A stretch of 26,448 nt of DNA, from assembly GCA_963745235.1 (NCBI GenBank), contig CAVUXE010000085.1, positions 1 through 26,448 of the forward strand, read 5' to 3'. Origin of the DNA: an uncultured Spirochaetota bacterium. GTDB lineage: Bacteria > Spirochaetota > Spirochaetia > SZUA-6 > Fen-1364. A program made the translations under genes and the position numbers. The notes under the pieces were generated by a model. That model saw only the letters and a program-made list of their open reading frames with translations, did no database searches and was not told the origin of the DNA. Shown piece after piece: positions 1 through 8,394 of the stretch. How positions within the stretch are numbered: position 1 is the stretch's first letter; each line of letters opens with the position of its first letter.

Positions 1-1755
1 ACCTCTTCGTCTTGAACGTATTGATGGAAGGTCGAAAGCGTGCGCCGACCAACATCGATGCTCCTCATGATCTTAAGGGCGTCGATGATCCGTGCAAGCT
101 TCTCTGCGTCCAACGGAATGTTTTGTAGCGCAAGCAGAAGATCGATGAACTCGGAAGCCCATATGAGGTCTTCTTCCCGTTCGAGCTTCCGTAGCGGCTG
201 AAACTCCACCGCCTCGGTGACCGGCTCGAAGTACGGAGCCCCCCACCGCGTAGGTCGGCTGTCGAGATGAGCGATCCTTATCGAACAGGATCACACGCGA
301 GCCGGGATACTTCAGCCACTGCACCATCAGAAGCCCCAAGAGCGTTGACTTTCCCGCCCCCGTGGGACCCGCAATGAAGGTGTGTCCCACATCCCCTACG
401 TGCAGGTTGAGGAAGAACGGCGTGGAGAAATTGGTACTGCAAGTCAGAAGCGGAACGTCCACTCCACAGATTTCCTCCAGGAATGAGTTGCTTTTCAGGC
501 CTGTCCACACTGCGGTGATCGGTACCACGTGCGCCATGTTGCCCGTCGATACGAGTGGGCGCCTGATGTTCGCGTACACGTGCCCGGGCAACATCCCCTG
601 CCATGCTCTGAAGGAGTTCAAAGTCTCGGTGATGCAGGTGAACCCGTTCGCCTGGATGAGCTTCCTCGCGTAGCTTGCCTTCTCCTGCGCCGCCTTGTGG
701 TCCTTGTCCCAAACCTGGAGGCATGAAGTGTAGTAGCCGTATCCCACCACATCGTTGACGCATTCCACCTGGGCTTCATTCGCATCCGCTTCCATGGAAA
801 GGGCGCCTTGATTCACCCGAGGGTCCGTCACTTCCTTCGTCATGGCCTCACTTGCAAACTGTTTCCAATTCCTGCGAGAGCCGTAGTATTTCTTCTGATA
901 TCCCTCGATGGCCTTCAGCGCATCTTCTTTGTCCAGACAGATGAACCTGCTCACCCACCGATACTCGATATCCGCCCTGTTAAGCGCATCAAGGATGCCC
1001 GGATAGGTCTCCATAGGGAAATCGTTGATCGTGATGATCGGGCAGTAGTACTCACCAACTCGTAGCTCCGTGCCGGTATGCACTTCGCTGTCGACAAGCA
1101 GCCGATCGAGAAACATCATCCTGCTGGGCTTCCTGACCCTGTGCCAGTCCAGGGACAGGGCACTGTGCAAGTACGACAGGGTTTCCTCGTCATCCAGGGG
1201 CTGGATATCCATCTTTGCCGAGAGAATGCCTGCCACATCGTCGCAGATGTTGATGAACTTCCTTATGTCCTCGACGATGCTCTGCTCCTTCCCGTCTCCT
1301 TCCTTATAGAAAACCCCTTTTGCTTTTCGCATTGCATCGGCCGGGGACTCCCACACGAAGGTGAGGTAGTAGGACTTTGCGTGGTGCTTCCCATACGCGG
1401 TGTAGGTCGCTTTCCTCTCGGCGTCCACGAGGAAGGCCGCACGGTTTGTGAACTTTGCCCCTGGATACTCGGCGGTCATGTAGCTTTGGATCTCGGTGTA
1501 CACCGCCCAGCCGGATCCAAACCGTTTCAGCGCATCGTTCAGTTGGATGGAGATGGAAGCAACGGTGGCCGACGAGGCGGCATCGAGGTCTGGCCCTCGA
1601 AAGGCGTAGCTTTTCTGCATACACCCGCCCTTCTGGATCACCACCCCTGAGGCCCCTTCGCAGTCGGCCATGAATGCCCAGGGCACAAACTTGGAAAGTC
1701 CTGCGTTGGCCTCTTTGTAGATCTTCTTTTTGAACCCTAAGAACATTCTGCCCAT
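1..1755 (-). CDS. trbE: Conjugative transfer ATPase TrbE/VirB4 (P-type T4SS); +1 frameshift near 235-245; runs off the left edge
   Basis: N-terminal motifs LSKFVPWA...FRGPDLD, YRWVSRFI and GDVGHTFIAGPTGAGKST (Walker A), plus ILFDKDRS. After VGG, removing one base gives YFEPVTEAVEFQPLRKLE...IWASEFIDLLL...RRTLSTF, which is the expected TrbE continuation and stays open to position 1. Start is ATG 1755 (purine-rich RBS) or 1746. Confidence 0.85.
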
Positions 1756-1973
1756 CCTTCCCTTCTCCAAGCCGCCTGTCTCTCTTGGACAACGACGGGA
1801 GTCGGGAATGTTATGGTTACAGAGAATTTCGATATAAATATTAGTCTATTTGGCCTTTTCTCACATAAAGCCAACATTTTATATATTTTCGGCACATATC
1901 GTGCTGCTTTAGCCTTTTCTTGGTTCTTTTCCACCATCGCGACGCCCTTGGTCTTTGGCGTGATGCCATTCAT
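1737..1973 (-). CDS. Possible small hypothetical protein (78 aa)
   Basis: Its ATG overlaps the DUF3631 stop (ATGA), but it spans an AT-rich, possibly non-coding stretch and has no recognisable motif. Confidence 0.25.
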   Translation of the reverse strand: MNGITPKTKGVAMVEKNQEKAKAARYVPKIYKMLALCEKRPNRLIFISKFSVTITFPTPVVVQERQAAWRREGWAECS

Positions 1974-3700
1974 TGTTGGGTCCCCTTTTTATCCGCTACT
2001 CCGCTACCTTTTGTTCCACTTGAGCGGATTTCCCCTGAAAATGGGCCTTTTTTCTCTTTCTCCTCGGTAGCGCTTGGGTAGCGGTAGCGGCAATTATCCG
2101 CTACCTCATCTCTGGCGGGGGTAGCGGGTAGCGGATGACCATCCGCTACCGCTACCTTCCTGTCTTCGCGATTTCCGCGTATTTCACAGTCTTTTTCGTC
2201 ATGGGTAGCGGGTAGCGGCAAATATCGGACCCATGCATCGATGAATGTCTCTCGTTTGTAGCCCTTGGCAACCGTATCCTTCCCCGTCACGGGGTCCCGG
2301 CTGATCTTCAGGTTGGAACTTACCATGCCAAAGGGCCTCAGCATGCGGCCCAGGCCTCGGGGACTGAGCAACTCCCCTCGGTGAAAAGTAGACCACGGGG
2401 CCTCTTCCAGCTGGCAAAGCTTCTCTATGAGGGTGGTGGTCGTAATGGCCTTGCACGCATCCCCCCCTTCCTCATCGAAAATGGCCCTGATGTCTTTCAA
2501 TAGTTCAAACCGGATATCCTGCTCGTCATTCCTGGACCCACCTGAAAGCTCAAGAGCCACCGAGCGGGCACGTACTCCCCAATCTCCCCCCGCCAAGTCG
2601 GCAATCGCCAAGAGGGGTGACCAATTGTCAGACGCCCTGTCGTTCAAGCCAAAAGGTATTTGAGGCCGAGCTGCCCCAACCCTCTTGCCATGCTCGGAGG
2701 CCCACCGTTGGAGCTTCCGACGGATCTCCTTGAACTCCCCCTGGTCATCAAGTACCGAGAATCGCCGAACCTTTTCATCCTCCAGCTTCCGCCGCAGCTC
2801 GACGACCACAGAGCGATCTTCCATCGTGTCTGGGATATGACCGATACCCGCAAGCACCTTCGCCCCGAATGCGTCGTAAGACACGACTTCCTTGTCTTCT
2901 CCCACGCAACGAAGAACTCGGCTTGATGTACGGTCATTCCCGGCGTTGAGCAGGCCCCGGAGGGCCTCCGCTGTATCTGTCTTTTGTGCAAGGGTCGCAT
3001 CCACCTCGTCCAGAAGAAGAGTGGGTTTCAACAAATCTACAACGCGGTACAGAGCGGCAGCAGAGATGCTCGCCACCCCCAAACCGCGATAGGTCATTCG
3101 AAGCAATAGCCCCAGCAGCGTTGTCTTTCCGCTTCGTTTCACCGCACTCCGCAGAAGAAGCATGGGGCACAGCTGTAACTCATCCACGATGTATGTGAGC
3201 ATTGTGTACAAGGCCACGGCCACCGCGGCCCCGGAGTCCAGCACAACGTGTTCGCGAAGTTTCGCCATGATCGTGGATAGAAGCTCAGAGGCACTCACCG
3301 GCAGTGGCCACGGATCGTCCAAGGGCAGCTCCACCCGCCTCCCGCCGCCAGGCTTCGATTCGCCGGTGATTTGATGCAACTGCCTCCACCATTTGCGAAG
3401 GAGGGAGACGCTCACACCGTGTCGCCTGGCGATCTCCTTGGAGCGGATTTCAAACTGGTTCTCGGGCAGCGCCTCGATCTCTTCAATAATCTTACGGAAC
3501 TTCTCCGATGCCGCGGCTGCCTCCAGGCCGGCCGTTTCTTGCAGTTCCAGGCTTACCTGTATTTCTTCCTTGGCTTTAGCCAGCTCCTCATTGGAAAGCT
3601 CGCTGATCGGCCGCTCAAGTATTCCTTTGCCGTTGCCTCCCCCTGAAGAGGATGACTCAGGGGCTGCGCCCTGATGATTGTTGTTATCGGTCGCTGCCAT
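1970..3700 (-). CDS. DUF3631-type P-loop ATPase / putative replication helicase of integrative elements (576 aa)
   Basis: Walker A-like RSAVKRSGKTTLL, Walker B TLLLDEVD, LRGLLNAG, AGIGHIPDTMEDRS, and the C-terminal DRASDNWSPLLAIADLAGGDW...PWS...GY signature of DUF3631 proteins. ATG 3700 is preferred because the ORF extension to 3811 overlaps the upstream gene. Confidence 0.8.
   Translation of the reverse strand: MAATDNNNHQGAAPESSSSGGGNGKGILERPISELSNEELAKAKEEIQVSLELQETAGLEAAAASEKFRKIIEEIEALPENQFEIRSKEIARRHGVSVSLLRKWWRQLHQITGESKPGGGRRVELPLDDPWPLPVSASELLSTIMAKLREHVVLDSGAAVAVALYTMLTYIVDELQLCPMLLLRSAVKRSGKTTLLGLLLRMTYRGLGVASISAAALYRVVDLLKPTLLLDEVDATLAQKTDTAEALRGLLNAGNDRTSSRVLRCVGEDKEVVSYDAFGAKVLAGIGHIPDTMEDRSVVVELRRKLEDEKVRRFSVLDDQGEFKEIRRKLQRWASEHGKRVGAARPQIPFGLNDRASDNWSPLLAIADLAGGDWGVRARSVALELSGGSRNDEQDIRFELLKDIRAIFDEEGGDACKAITTTTLIEKLCQLEEAPWSTFHRGELLSPRGLGRMLRPFGMVSSNLKISRDPVTGKDTVAKGYKRETFIDAWVRYLPLPATHDEKDCEIRGNREDRKVAVADGHPLPATPARDEVADNCRYRYPSATEEKEKKGPFSGEIRSSGTKGSGVADKKGTQQ
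1994..2217. repeat. GGTAGCG/CGCTACC iteron-like cluster (putative origin of replication)
   Basis: GGTAGCG at 2066, 2077, 2083, 2120, 2127, 2204 and 2211; CGCTACC at 2002, 2099, 2144 and 2150; near-copy CGCTACT at 1994. Inverted pairs at 2083-2105 and 2127-2150. Confidence 0.8.
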
Positions 3701-3881
3701 CTTTGGCCCGCCCGTTCTCGGGTTGGGAAGCGAGGGTGCTCTCTTCGACACTCTTGAATATCTTTGAAATCTGCCCGCCGTGAACCTGCACGCCGATCGA
3801 GAGCCGTCCAAACGGCGTACGCGGGATCTCTGTCTTCAGCCACTCAATTGCCGATGAGAGCGTATCCGGGGGGCTGCTCAT
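3684..3881 (-). CDS. Small hypothetical protein (65 aa), YezD/DUF2292-like motif
   Basis: ATGA-coupled to the xis-like gene and overlaps the DUF3631 start. The FGRLSIGVQVHGGQISKI pattern resembles small beta-rich mobile-element proteins. Confidence 0.6.
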   Translation of the reverse strand: MSSPPDTLSSAIEWLKTEIPRTPFGRLSIGVQVHGGQISKIFKSVEESTLASQPENGRAKDGSDR

Positions 3882-4069
3882 CGCTCGTTGCCTATCGGCT
3901 TCACCGACATCTGGGCAAGCCAGGCGCGAACCTCTTGAGGATCGAAACGAACATGCCGCGAAACCTTCAGGTACGGGATCTTTCGGGAGCTGACAGCGTG
4001 ATCAATTGAGGAAACAGAGCGCCGCAGAAATCGTGCGACGTCTTTCTTTGTCCAAAGCTCTTGATCCAT
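3878..4069 (-). CDS. Excisionase/AlpA-like helix-turn-helix protein (HTH_17, 63 aa)
   Basis: MDQELWTKKDVARFLRRSVSSIDHAVSSRKIPYLKVSRHVRFDPQEVRAWL is a typical Xis-type wHTH. Strong RBS GAGGAGG precedes ATG 4069. Confidence 0.85.
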   Translation of the reverse strand: MDQELWTKKDVARFLRRSVSSIDHAVSSRKIPYLKVSRHVRFDPQEVRAWLAQMSVKPIGNER

Positions 4070-4110
4070 GCGCCTTCCTCCTCGTGCGGCTGTTCGCACT
4101 AACTGGGGAA

Positions 4111-4163
4111 AGCCTAACAAATACCAGCTTGTAAAAAGCTTAGCCGGTTTAGGGGCGGTTTAG
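4111..4163 (-). promoter_or_regulatory. Putative activator-dependent promoter of the xis-rep operon
   Basis: Direct repeats CTAAACCG (4156-4163 and 4145-4152, 11-bp period) sit upstream of an extended -10 TGtTAGGCT (4111-4119). There is no canonical -35 at 17-bp spacing. Confidence 0.4.
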
Positions 4164-4165
4164 CA

Positions 4166-4948
4166 TCAACCTTGAAATTCTTCTATCACCTGGTCGATTA
4201 ATTCGTGTTTCTTCGGCTTTCCTGCCTCATCTTCGAACCCTTTGTTATTGTGGTACTGATGCGCCCATAGGGCCAGATCCTTGCGCGTGATCGGATCACC
4301 ATGTCTGTCCTTGAACACCCCATCGAGGGCCGCCCACAATTCCCCATCATCGAAAATTGCTTCTTTCTCGCGCAGCCTTTCAAATAGATACGCAAGCAAG
4401 CGGTTTGCCCATATCCACTGGATCATCCGTGGACGCTCAGGGACACGGGCCTTTTCGGCCTTGACGATCTTCTGCGGTGAGGCACTTTCGTTCCCTGGAA
4501 TAAGCCCTGTTTCTATCAGCTTTCTAAGCTCCTTGCGCTCTCGTGATATGGCCCTTTTGTAGATGTTTGCGAAATCGGTATGCCAAATGGAGTCATGTTT
4601 GCCGTCGGCTGAAGGCTTAATGTCTACGCTTATCTCTTCTTCATCGCGCCGACGATGAGCGGGGGAAAGCCGGCGCCGTTGCTCGTTTGCCAATCGCAGG
4701 CGATGCTTTAGCGACATCCATGTCAACTGGCTTTCCACTTCGCGAAGGTTAAGGTGCTTCTGCAGGTGCTCTACCGCGAAATCAAAGTCTATCCATGACC
4801 CGCACTCTTGCAGCCAGTACAGTAAACGCTTCTCTACGACGCTGAGGTATTCCTCAGCTGCAGCATGGTTTTCAAGCTTCAGCTGCCAATGCTCGCGAAT
4901 CTTTTGAAAGTTGAAATCAAAATGCGGATAGCAATCCTCTTTGATCAA
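4166..4948 (-). CDS. Hypothetical protein (260 aa), possible RteC-like transcriptional activator
   Basis: TTG start with RBS GAGGAGG. C-terminal IQWIWANRLLAYLFERLREKEAI resembles the W-x4-L-x-Y/E-L-F helix pattern of RteC-like regulators. It lies immediately upstream of xis. Confidence 0.6.
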   Translation of the reverse strand: MIKEDCYPHFDFNFQKIREHWQLKLENHAAAEEYLSVVEKRLLYWLQECGSWIDFDFAVEHLQKHLNLREVESQLTWMSLKHRLRLANEQRRRLSPAHRRRDEEEISVDIKPSADGKHDSIWHTDFANIYKRAISRERKELRKLIETGLIPGNESASPQKIVKAEKARVPERPRMIQWIWANRLLAYLFERLREKEAIFDDGELWAALDGVFKDRHGDPITRKDLALWAHQYHNNKGFEDEAGKPKKHELIDQVIEEFQG

Positions 4949-5160
4949 CTACTTTTCCTCCTCTTGGCTCGAAAAGCACCACCCTTGCCGGCCAATGGCC
5001 TTCCAGAGTTCGTCCTTTACAAACGGTGCGCTGCCGAGAAGGGCAATTGCCAATTTGAGCGTCGCGCGACATCAAGCTGGAGGGCCGATGCCAACATCAA
5101 ACCTCGTTGTTTAGAAGCTCTCGAAGGACCAGGTCTTTCGGTAAGTCTCTCCAAGAACGC

Positions 5161-5544
5161 TCAAATCGCTCCTGACTTTCTTTTTGAATCACCCTTTCGT
5201 GGATGACGCTTCCCCGCATGCCGCATGACTATGCTTTCGATATCCGAATCGACAGAGATTCGCAATTCAGAAACTATCTCGGAGAGCATTGCGTGAATAT
5301 TAGTCGTTGAATCCCCATTTTCGAGGAAAAACTGATACGGCCTCATATGGAGAGCACCCGCAAGTCGTGCGAGCGTTGTAGCACTGAGCCATCTGCGCGC
5401 CCGTTCTACGTCATTCATATAGCCGACCGAGAGGTCGGCTTTTTCGGCCAGCTTCATCTGGCTGATCCCGAGCCGTTTCCTTGCGTCTCGGAGGTTCTTC
5501 GCTAGAAGCTCCTGGATGAACTTTGCATTGGGCGTGGTCTCCAT
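5161..5544 (-). CDS. XRE-family (HTH_3) transcriptional regulator
   Basis: LAKNLRDARKRLGISQMKLAEKADLSVGYMNDVERARRWLSATTLARLAGAL is a canonical XRE HTH. Start is ATG 5544 or GTG 5556. Confidence 0.88.
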   Translation of the reverse strand: METTPNAKFIQELLAKNLRDARKRLGISQMKLAEKADLSVGYMNDVERARRWLSATTLARLAGALHMRPYQFFLENGDSTTNIHAMLSEIVSELRISVDSDIESIVMRHAGKRHPRKGDSKRKSGAI

Positions 5545-5709
5545 ATGAGAATCCACTCTTCGCCATAAGATTCATTTCTGCTACTTGCATATCGCGTATT
5601 AACAATGTCTCTGTACAGCGTAACTCTTATCGAGGCGCTCCGCGCGGATCACAGTGTCCGCTTCCTTCAACGCATCATTTGCTCGCTGTTGCCCTCCCAC
5701 ATCATCCGA

Positions 5710-5864
5710 GAGTTGCTTGCATTTCTGACTCAGCCCTATCAACGAGCCCTTGGCCCTCTGCCATGAGCCCTTGGATTGGTGCTGCGCCTGCTACGCTCGA
5801 GCAATTGTTGTGGATCCGCAAGTACTGGAAACCTTACTTCGGCGAGGAGCGCCGCCTCGTTTGA
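5710..5864 (+). pseudogene. Degraded fragment of a related tyrosine integrase, inverted relative to the intact one
   Basis: Translates in pieces to ELLAFLTQ ... CY ... WIRKYWKPYFGEERRL*, matching integrase segments GLLSFLGR ... CY ... WVRTCWEPFFGKAKQL in the same order. Confidence 0.55.
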
Positions 5865-5974
5865 AGCGGATCCCTGATCAACAATGCAAGCAGCCAAGCC
5901 GGCCAGGGAGACCGGCTTGTCGTCCATGGACCGTCGCCCAAGAACTATCCCCCACCTGCCCTATCGTAGCACGC

Positions 5975-7316
5975 TCATTTCCGGAAAGGCACGAGCTGGC
6001 CGAATGCTTCCGTAGCGGCTGCGCGGACCTCTTCGAATACCTCGGCCGTCGCGTGGTCAGCATAGCTTTCGAACACGGCACCGTTTGCGTGTCCCGTTGC
6101 GAGCATCACCTTCCGGGACTCCAGGCGATCCGCCATGCGCGCCGCGTAGTAGTGGCGCCACGAGTGAAACACGATCGCCCTGCCCTTCCACCGGCCCCGA
6201 GCCGCTTCAACCTTTTCCGGGATCTCCCGATCCTCTTCCGTGAGCAACATTGCGACCAGGGCATCCTTCAGGCCGTGCAAGAGAAAGTGAAAGTCCATCG
6301 GCCGGTCTGGCCGGTCCGTGGACCAGAAGACGAACGTCGCCGGCCCCATGCCGGCAGGGTTGCGCCTGGCGAGCTCGAGAAGCGGGCCCCGAAGGGAAAC
6401 GAGCAGCGGGACACTGCGCTCCTTGCCAGTCTTCGGGCTCTTCAGCCCGTCCATACCGCTCCAGGAGTGCCGCACGCGGAGCCGGTCCTCTTCGATATCG
6501 CGGACCTGGATGGCAAGGATCTCCCCTGCACGGAGGCCGGTCGTCATGGCGAGCATATTCCCGAGGCGCGCGCGCTCTTCCGCCCATGGCGCCTCAAAGA
6601 GCTGCCGCACTTCATCCTCTGTCAGTACGCCCCGCTTCGCGGGTGTCCCGCTGAACTTCACCAGGCCTGCCGCGGGATTCGAAGAGATCAGCTCCTCCGC
6701 GTGCGCCCAGCGGAGAGCGACGGTGCCGGCCGAAAGCGCTGTGTTGATAGACTTTGCTTTCAGCTTCCGTTCCTCTGCGAGCCAGAGGGAGAAGTCCTTC
6801 ATGTCGGACTTTCGAAGCTCCCCGAGCTGCTTTGCCTTTCCGAAAAACGGCTCCCAACACGTGCGGACCCAGCCCGTCATGTCGTAGCAGTGACGGCGTC
6901 CGATGCGGTGCCCGTGCGCGAGCTTGTCCCGAATGTACGGGCTGCCCTCGAAGTCCCAGAAGCGACCGAGGAATGAGAGGAGCCCTTCTGCCCCGGGGCC
7001 CGCCTTCACGATTGTTGTTTCGATGAGCTCTCGGTCTTTCAGAGTGCGCACGATCCGCTCCGCATCCGTGGGGGTCAACGCACTCTGACGGATCGTCCAA
7101 ATCGACAGTGTCAATGTCCAGGGTCTCAGAGAGCGGACGACCAGTCTTCCCCGTGAGCTCGGGGATCCCGTTTTCCAGCCATTCGTCGGCGACGCGTTCG
7201 GCGGCCTTCTCGCTTCTTTTGCCGGTGGACCTTCCCGGCATGTACTTCCCGGTGGCCGGATTCTTGATCTGCGCATACCAGATCTTCCCACGGCAGTACA
7301 ATGAAAAACGGCGCAT
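5975..7316 (-). CDS. int: Tyrosine recombinase/integrase (~446 aa), +1 frameshift near 7100-7105
   Basis: The arm-binding-type N-terminus MRRFSLYCRGKIWYAQIKNPATGK (ATG 7316, RBS GAGGAG) joins the catalytic frame after one base is removed at GTC-G-ATT. Catalytic motifs TTGLRAGE, KSPKT, FHSWRH, TGHA and ESYADH are intact. Span is 1342 = 3n+1. Confidence 0.9.
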
Positions 7317-7337
7317 ATCCGCTCCTCTTGACGGCCA

Positions 7338-7417
7338 TCTACAGCCGTCTACAGTGCTTTGCGGATCGCGCCGGTTTTCCGGTAGCGGTCTGTAAGCCCT
7401 TTCATCGAAAGGGCTTA
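7338..7417. repeat. att-proximal sites: TCTACAG direct repeats and an 11-bp inverted repeat
   Basis: TCTACAG at 7338-7344 and 7348-7354 (10-bp period, arm-site-like). Perfect inverted repeat TAAGCCCTTTC-atc-GAAAGGGCTTA at 7393-7417, 2 nt past the tRNA 3' end. Confidence 0.6.
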
Positions 7418-7419
7418 TA

Positions 7420-7492
7420 TAGCAGGGGCAGGATTTGAACCTGCGACCTCCGGGTTATGAGCCCGACGAGCTTCCAACTGCTCTACCCTGCG
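7420..7492 (-). tRNA. tRNA-fMet (initiator Met, anticodon CAT); CCA not encoded
   Basis: CGCAGGG-TA-GAGC-AGTTGGAA-GCTC-G-TCGGG-CTCATAA-CCCGG-AGGTC-GCAGG-TTCAAAT-CCTGC-CCCTGCT-A. The unpaired C1:T72 and three consecutive G:C pairs in the anticodon stem are initiator hallmarks. Confidence 0.97.
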
Positions 7493-7503
7493 TCGTTTCA
7501 ACG

Positions 7504-7532
7504 AATATAGGCTAATGCGCCGGTTCAGTCAA
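7504..7532 (-). promoter_or_regulatory. sigma70 promoter of tRNA-fMet
   Basis: TTGACT-N17-TATATT ends 11 nt upstream of the tRNA 5' end. Confidence 0.75.
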
Positions 7533-7638
7533 GGGAGTCGGCGCGAAAACGCCGCTGAAACGCCAATTTTCCCCCAATCACTTGACATGGCCTCGCGTTC
7601 CGTGAATAACGTACAAACATACTCAGAAGGAGGTCTTT

Positions 7639-8394
7639 ATGCTCAAGAAAATTCTGGCGGGAGGAGTCCTTGCGCTTGCCCTGTTCGGGGTCGTCTCCTG
7701 CGGGGCAAAGCAGCCGTCGAAGATCGTCATCGCCTCCGACGCCACCTTCCCCCCCATGGAAATGGTGGACGAGAACAAGAACATCGTCGGGCTCGACGTC
7801 GACCTGATGAACGCAGCCGCAAAGGCCGGCGGGTTCACCGTTGAGTTCAAGAACACGGCGTGGGACGGAATCTTCGCTGGTCTGGACAACGGAAAGTACG
7901 ATGCGGTCATGTCGTCAGTTACGATCACTGACGAGCGCAAAAAGACCATGGATTTTTCCATGCCGTACTTCAACGCTGGCCAGATCCTGGTCGTAAAGAG
8001 TGAAGTGAACGGAGTGCAGTCCCTGGCGGACCTGAAGGGCAAGACGGTCGGCGCTCAGATAGGCACAACCGGCGCGTTCGAGATCGACAAGGTCAAAGAC
8101 GCGAACAAGATCACGGCGAAGACCTATGACGAGATCGGCCTCGCCTTCGAAGATCTGGTGAACGGCCGGATAGCCGGGGTCGTGGTTGATACGCCCACTG
8201 CCGCGAACTATGCCCTGCAGAATCCCAACTACAAGGGCAAGCTCAAGACCGTCGGAGCCGCCTTCACCCAGGAGTTCTACGGGGTGGCGGTGAAAAAAGG
8301 CAACACGAAGGTCCTTGACCTGATCAACGCTGGCTTGAAGAAGGTCCTTGACGCCGGTGACAACAAGGCAATCGAGCAGAAGTGGCTTCAGTAA
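7639..8394 (+). CDS. Polar/basic amino acid ABC transporter substrate-binding lipoprotein (SBP_bac_3)
   Basis: RBS AAGGAGG; lipobox VVSC; motifs ASDATFPPME, GLDVDL, ITDERKKTMDFS and VGAQIGTTG. Confidence 0.95.
   Translation: MLKKILAGGVLALALFGVVSCGAKQPSKIVIASDATFPPMEMVDENKNIVGLDVDLMNAAAKAGGFTVEFKNTAWDGIFAGLDNGKYDAVMSSVTITDERKKTMDFSMPYFNAGQILVVKSEVNGVQSLADLKGKTVGAQIGTTGAFEIDKVKDANKITAKTYDEIGLAFEDLVNGRIAGVVVDTPTAANYALQNPNYKGKLKTVGAAFTQEFYGVAVKKGNTKVLDLINAGLKKVLDAGDNKAIEQKWLQ

Larger units (their letters stand above)
1..7419 (-). mobile_element. tRNA-fMet-integrated element (ICE/IME-like), right arm; left end outside the window
   Basis: A tyrosine integrase lies directly downstream of the tRNA 3' end, followed by co-oriented XRE, xis-like HTH, DUF3631 ATPase and TrbE/VirB4 genes. 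Parts (about 1800-1900 and 4100-5700) look more AT-rich than the flanking host genes. The second att copy is not visible. Confidence 0.85.

Noticed and set aside
1886-1912. sigma28-like promoter (TAAA-N14-GCCGAAAA) upstream of trbE on the minus strand
   Set aside because: The spacer is too short and the -10 is imperfect, so it could arise by chance in an AT-rich tract.
5750-6976. 408-aa + strand ORF antisense to the integrase
   Set aside because: It is a shadow ORF of a GC-rich gene with no motifs.
7095-7110. Programmed frameshift controlling the integrase
   Set aside because: There is no recognisable slippery sequence, and the same +1 defect occurs in housekeeping genes, so sequencing error is more likely.
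1-7419. Prophage or anti-phage defence island call
   Set aside because: No capsid, terminase, tail or recognisable defence domains are present in the visible part.
7582-7612. sigma70 promoter for the ABC operon
   Set aside because: TTGACA is perfect, but there is no convincing -10 at 16-18 bp (TAACGT lies at 19), so it is not listed as a feature.
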